DNA from: Lophium mytilinum
Lineage: Eukaryota
Direction: 5' to 3'
DNA length: 64,000 nt
NCBI GenBank assembly: GCA_010093605.1
Contig: MU004198.1
Span: 746,726 to 810,725 of the forward strand
In this document: one piece after another, positions 63,250 through 64,000 of the stretch
Numbering within the stretch: the first letter of the stretch is position 1
Layout of the letters: each line of letters starts with the position of its first letter
The notes under the pieces: generated by a model
Told to the model about the DNA's origin: nothing
Database searches by the model: none
Seen by the model: only the letters and a program-made list of their open reading frames with translations
Position numbers and translations under genes: made by a program

Positions 63250-63693
63250 GTGATGCGGCTTGGTTTCTGGAGTTTTGAGTCTTAAAAAGGACGGGGCTGA
63301 TACGGGTTTTGTACGGTGCATGTTGCGGAGTTATTGGTCATGAACTGCGTTTGAAACTGCTTTGAGGCAGCAAAAGTCAGCTAGATAGCTTGAATAAATT
63401 GTAATGGTACCTCCTAATAAGAGAGCGGAGTAGGTTTGCATACGACTACATGAGTTAGCGCAAAAGACAGTTCCCGACCAGAAGCCAAACGTATCCTCCA
63501 AGCTAAAATGAGAGAACCACCAATACAGCCACCCACGATTAAGCGACACATCTTGGTCCAGCTGTTCATCTTCAGGCGTCTGCGTACACTCTCTACCACT
63601 GCTTATCCACGTTTCCCGGTATCCCTTGATAGACTTCAAGCAGTGGCAACCAGGCGTACACAGATCCAGGACGAGGCAGCGTACATTCCGCAC

Positions 63694-64000
63694 TCACTTC
63701 TCGCCCGAGAAGAGCCCAGCAGCAGCCTCCTTCATGCGGTCGTGGTGTTCAGCCGGAATCCCCGCCGAGGTCGCGAACTCTTCGATTTCTAAGACGAGAT
63801 AGAGTTAGCGGAAGGTCATGGCGAGGACGCAGAGGATGACAACGCATATGAGGAGGTCTAGGTGTAACTGACTTTGGTTCAGGATCGTGTCCTCGGCCTT
63901 GGGCTCAGAGGGCTGAGATGGTGCCTCCTCTGTGGTGGAGCTGGGCTCGGCTTCCTTAGGCGCTTCATCTTGCGGTTTCTCGGCGTCTAGCGTTTGAGGA
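63694..64000 (-). CDS. 3' end of an unidentified gene entering from beyond the window
   Basis: Acidic open frame (EKPQDEAPKEAEPSS..), intron 63789-63872 (GTCAGT..GCTAAC..TAG), then IEEFATSAGIPAEHHDRMKEAAAGLFSGEK. Confidence 0.6.

Noticed and set aside
1..64000. Starship captain (DUF3435), transposase, PKS/NRPS/terpene cyclase or CRISPR array
   Set aside because: None of the diagnostic motifs was seen. The repeats present have only two copies or are coding or degenerate.

Overview
Eukaryotic DNA from a filamentous ascomycete (Pezizomycotina-like): short GT-AG introns with CTRAC branch points, Zn2Cys6 factors and RIP-like TpA-rich relics. About 1-48 kb looks accessory. It holds a NACHT-ankyrin NLR-like gene, two tandem HET-domain genes, a secreted beta-rich protein, a divergent MFS/Zn2Cys6 pair, a GST, a divergent pair of F-box genes (one fused to a Pol-beta-type nucleotidyltransferase motif), two RIP-mutated non-autonomous TIR elements, GNAT, a divergent SDR/Zn2Cys6 pair, a head-to-head MetAP2/MetAP1 cassette with altered pocket residues, a duplicated tRNA 3' half and several orphans and relics. 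From about 49 kb the genes look core: TIM9, a Sac7/Bag7-like RhoGAP, a GPI cell-wall protein, a ferroportin-like transporter and a Dcg1-like racemase. The two best candidates for an undescribed system are the stand-alone MetAP1+MetAP2 cassette and the F-box-nucleotidyltransferase gene in an immune-gene neighbourhood. All calls come from motif reading and manual splicing; no database searches were run.
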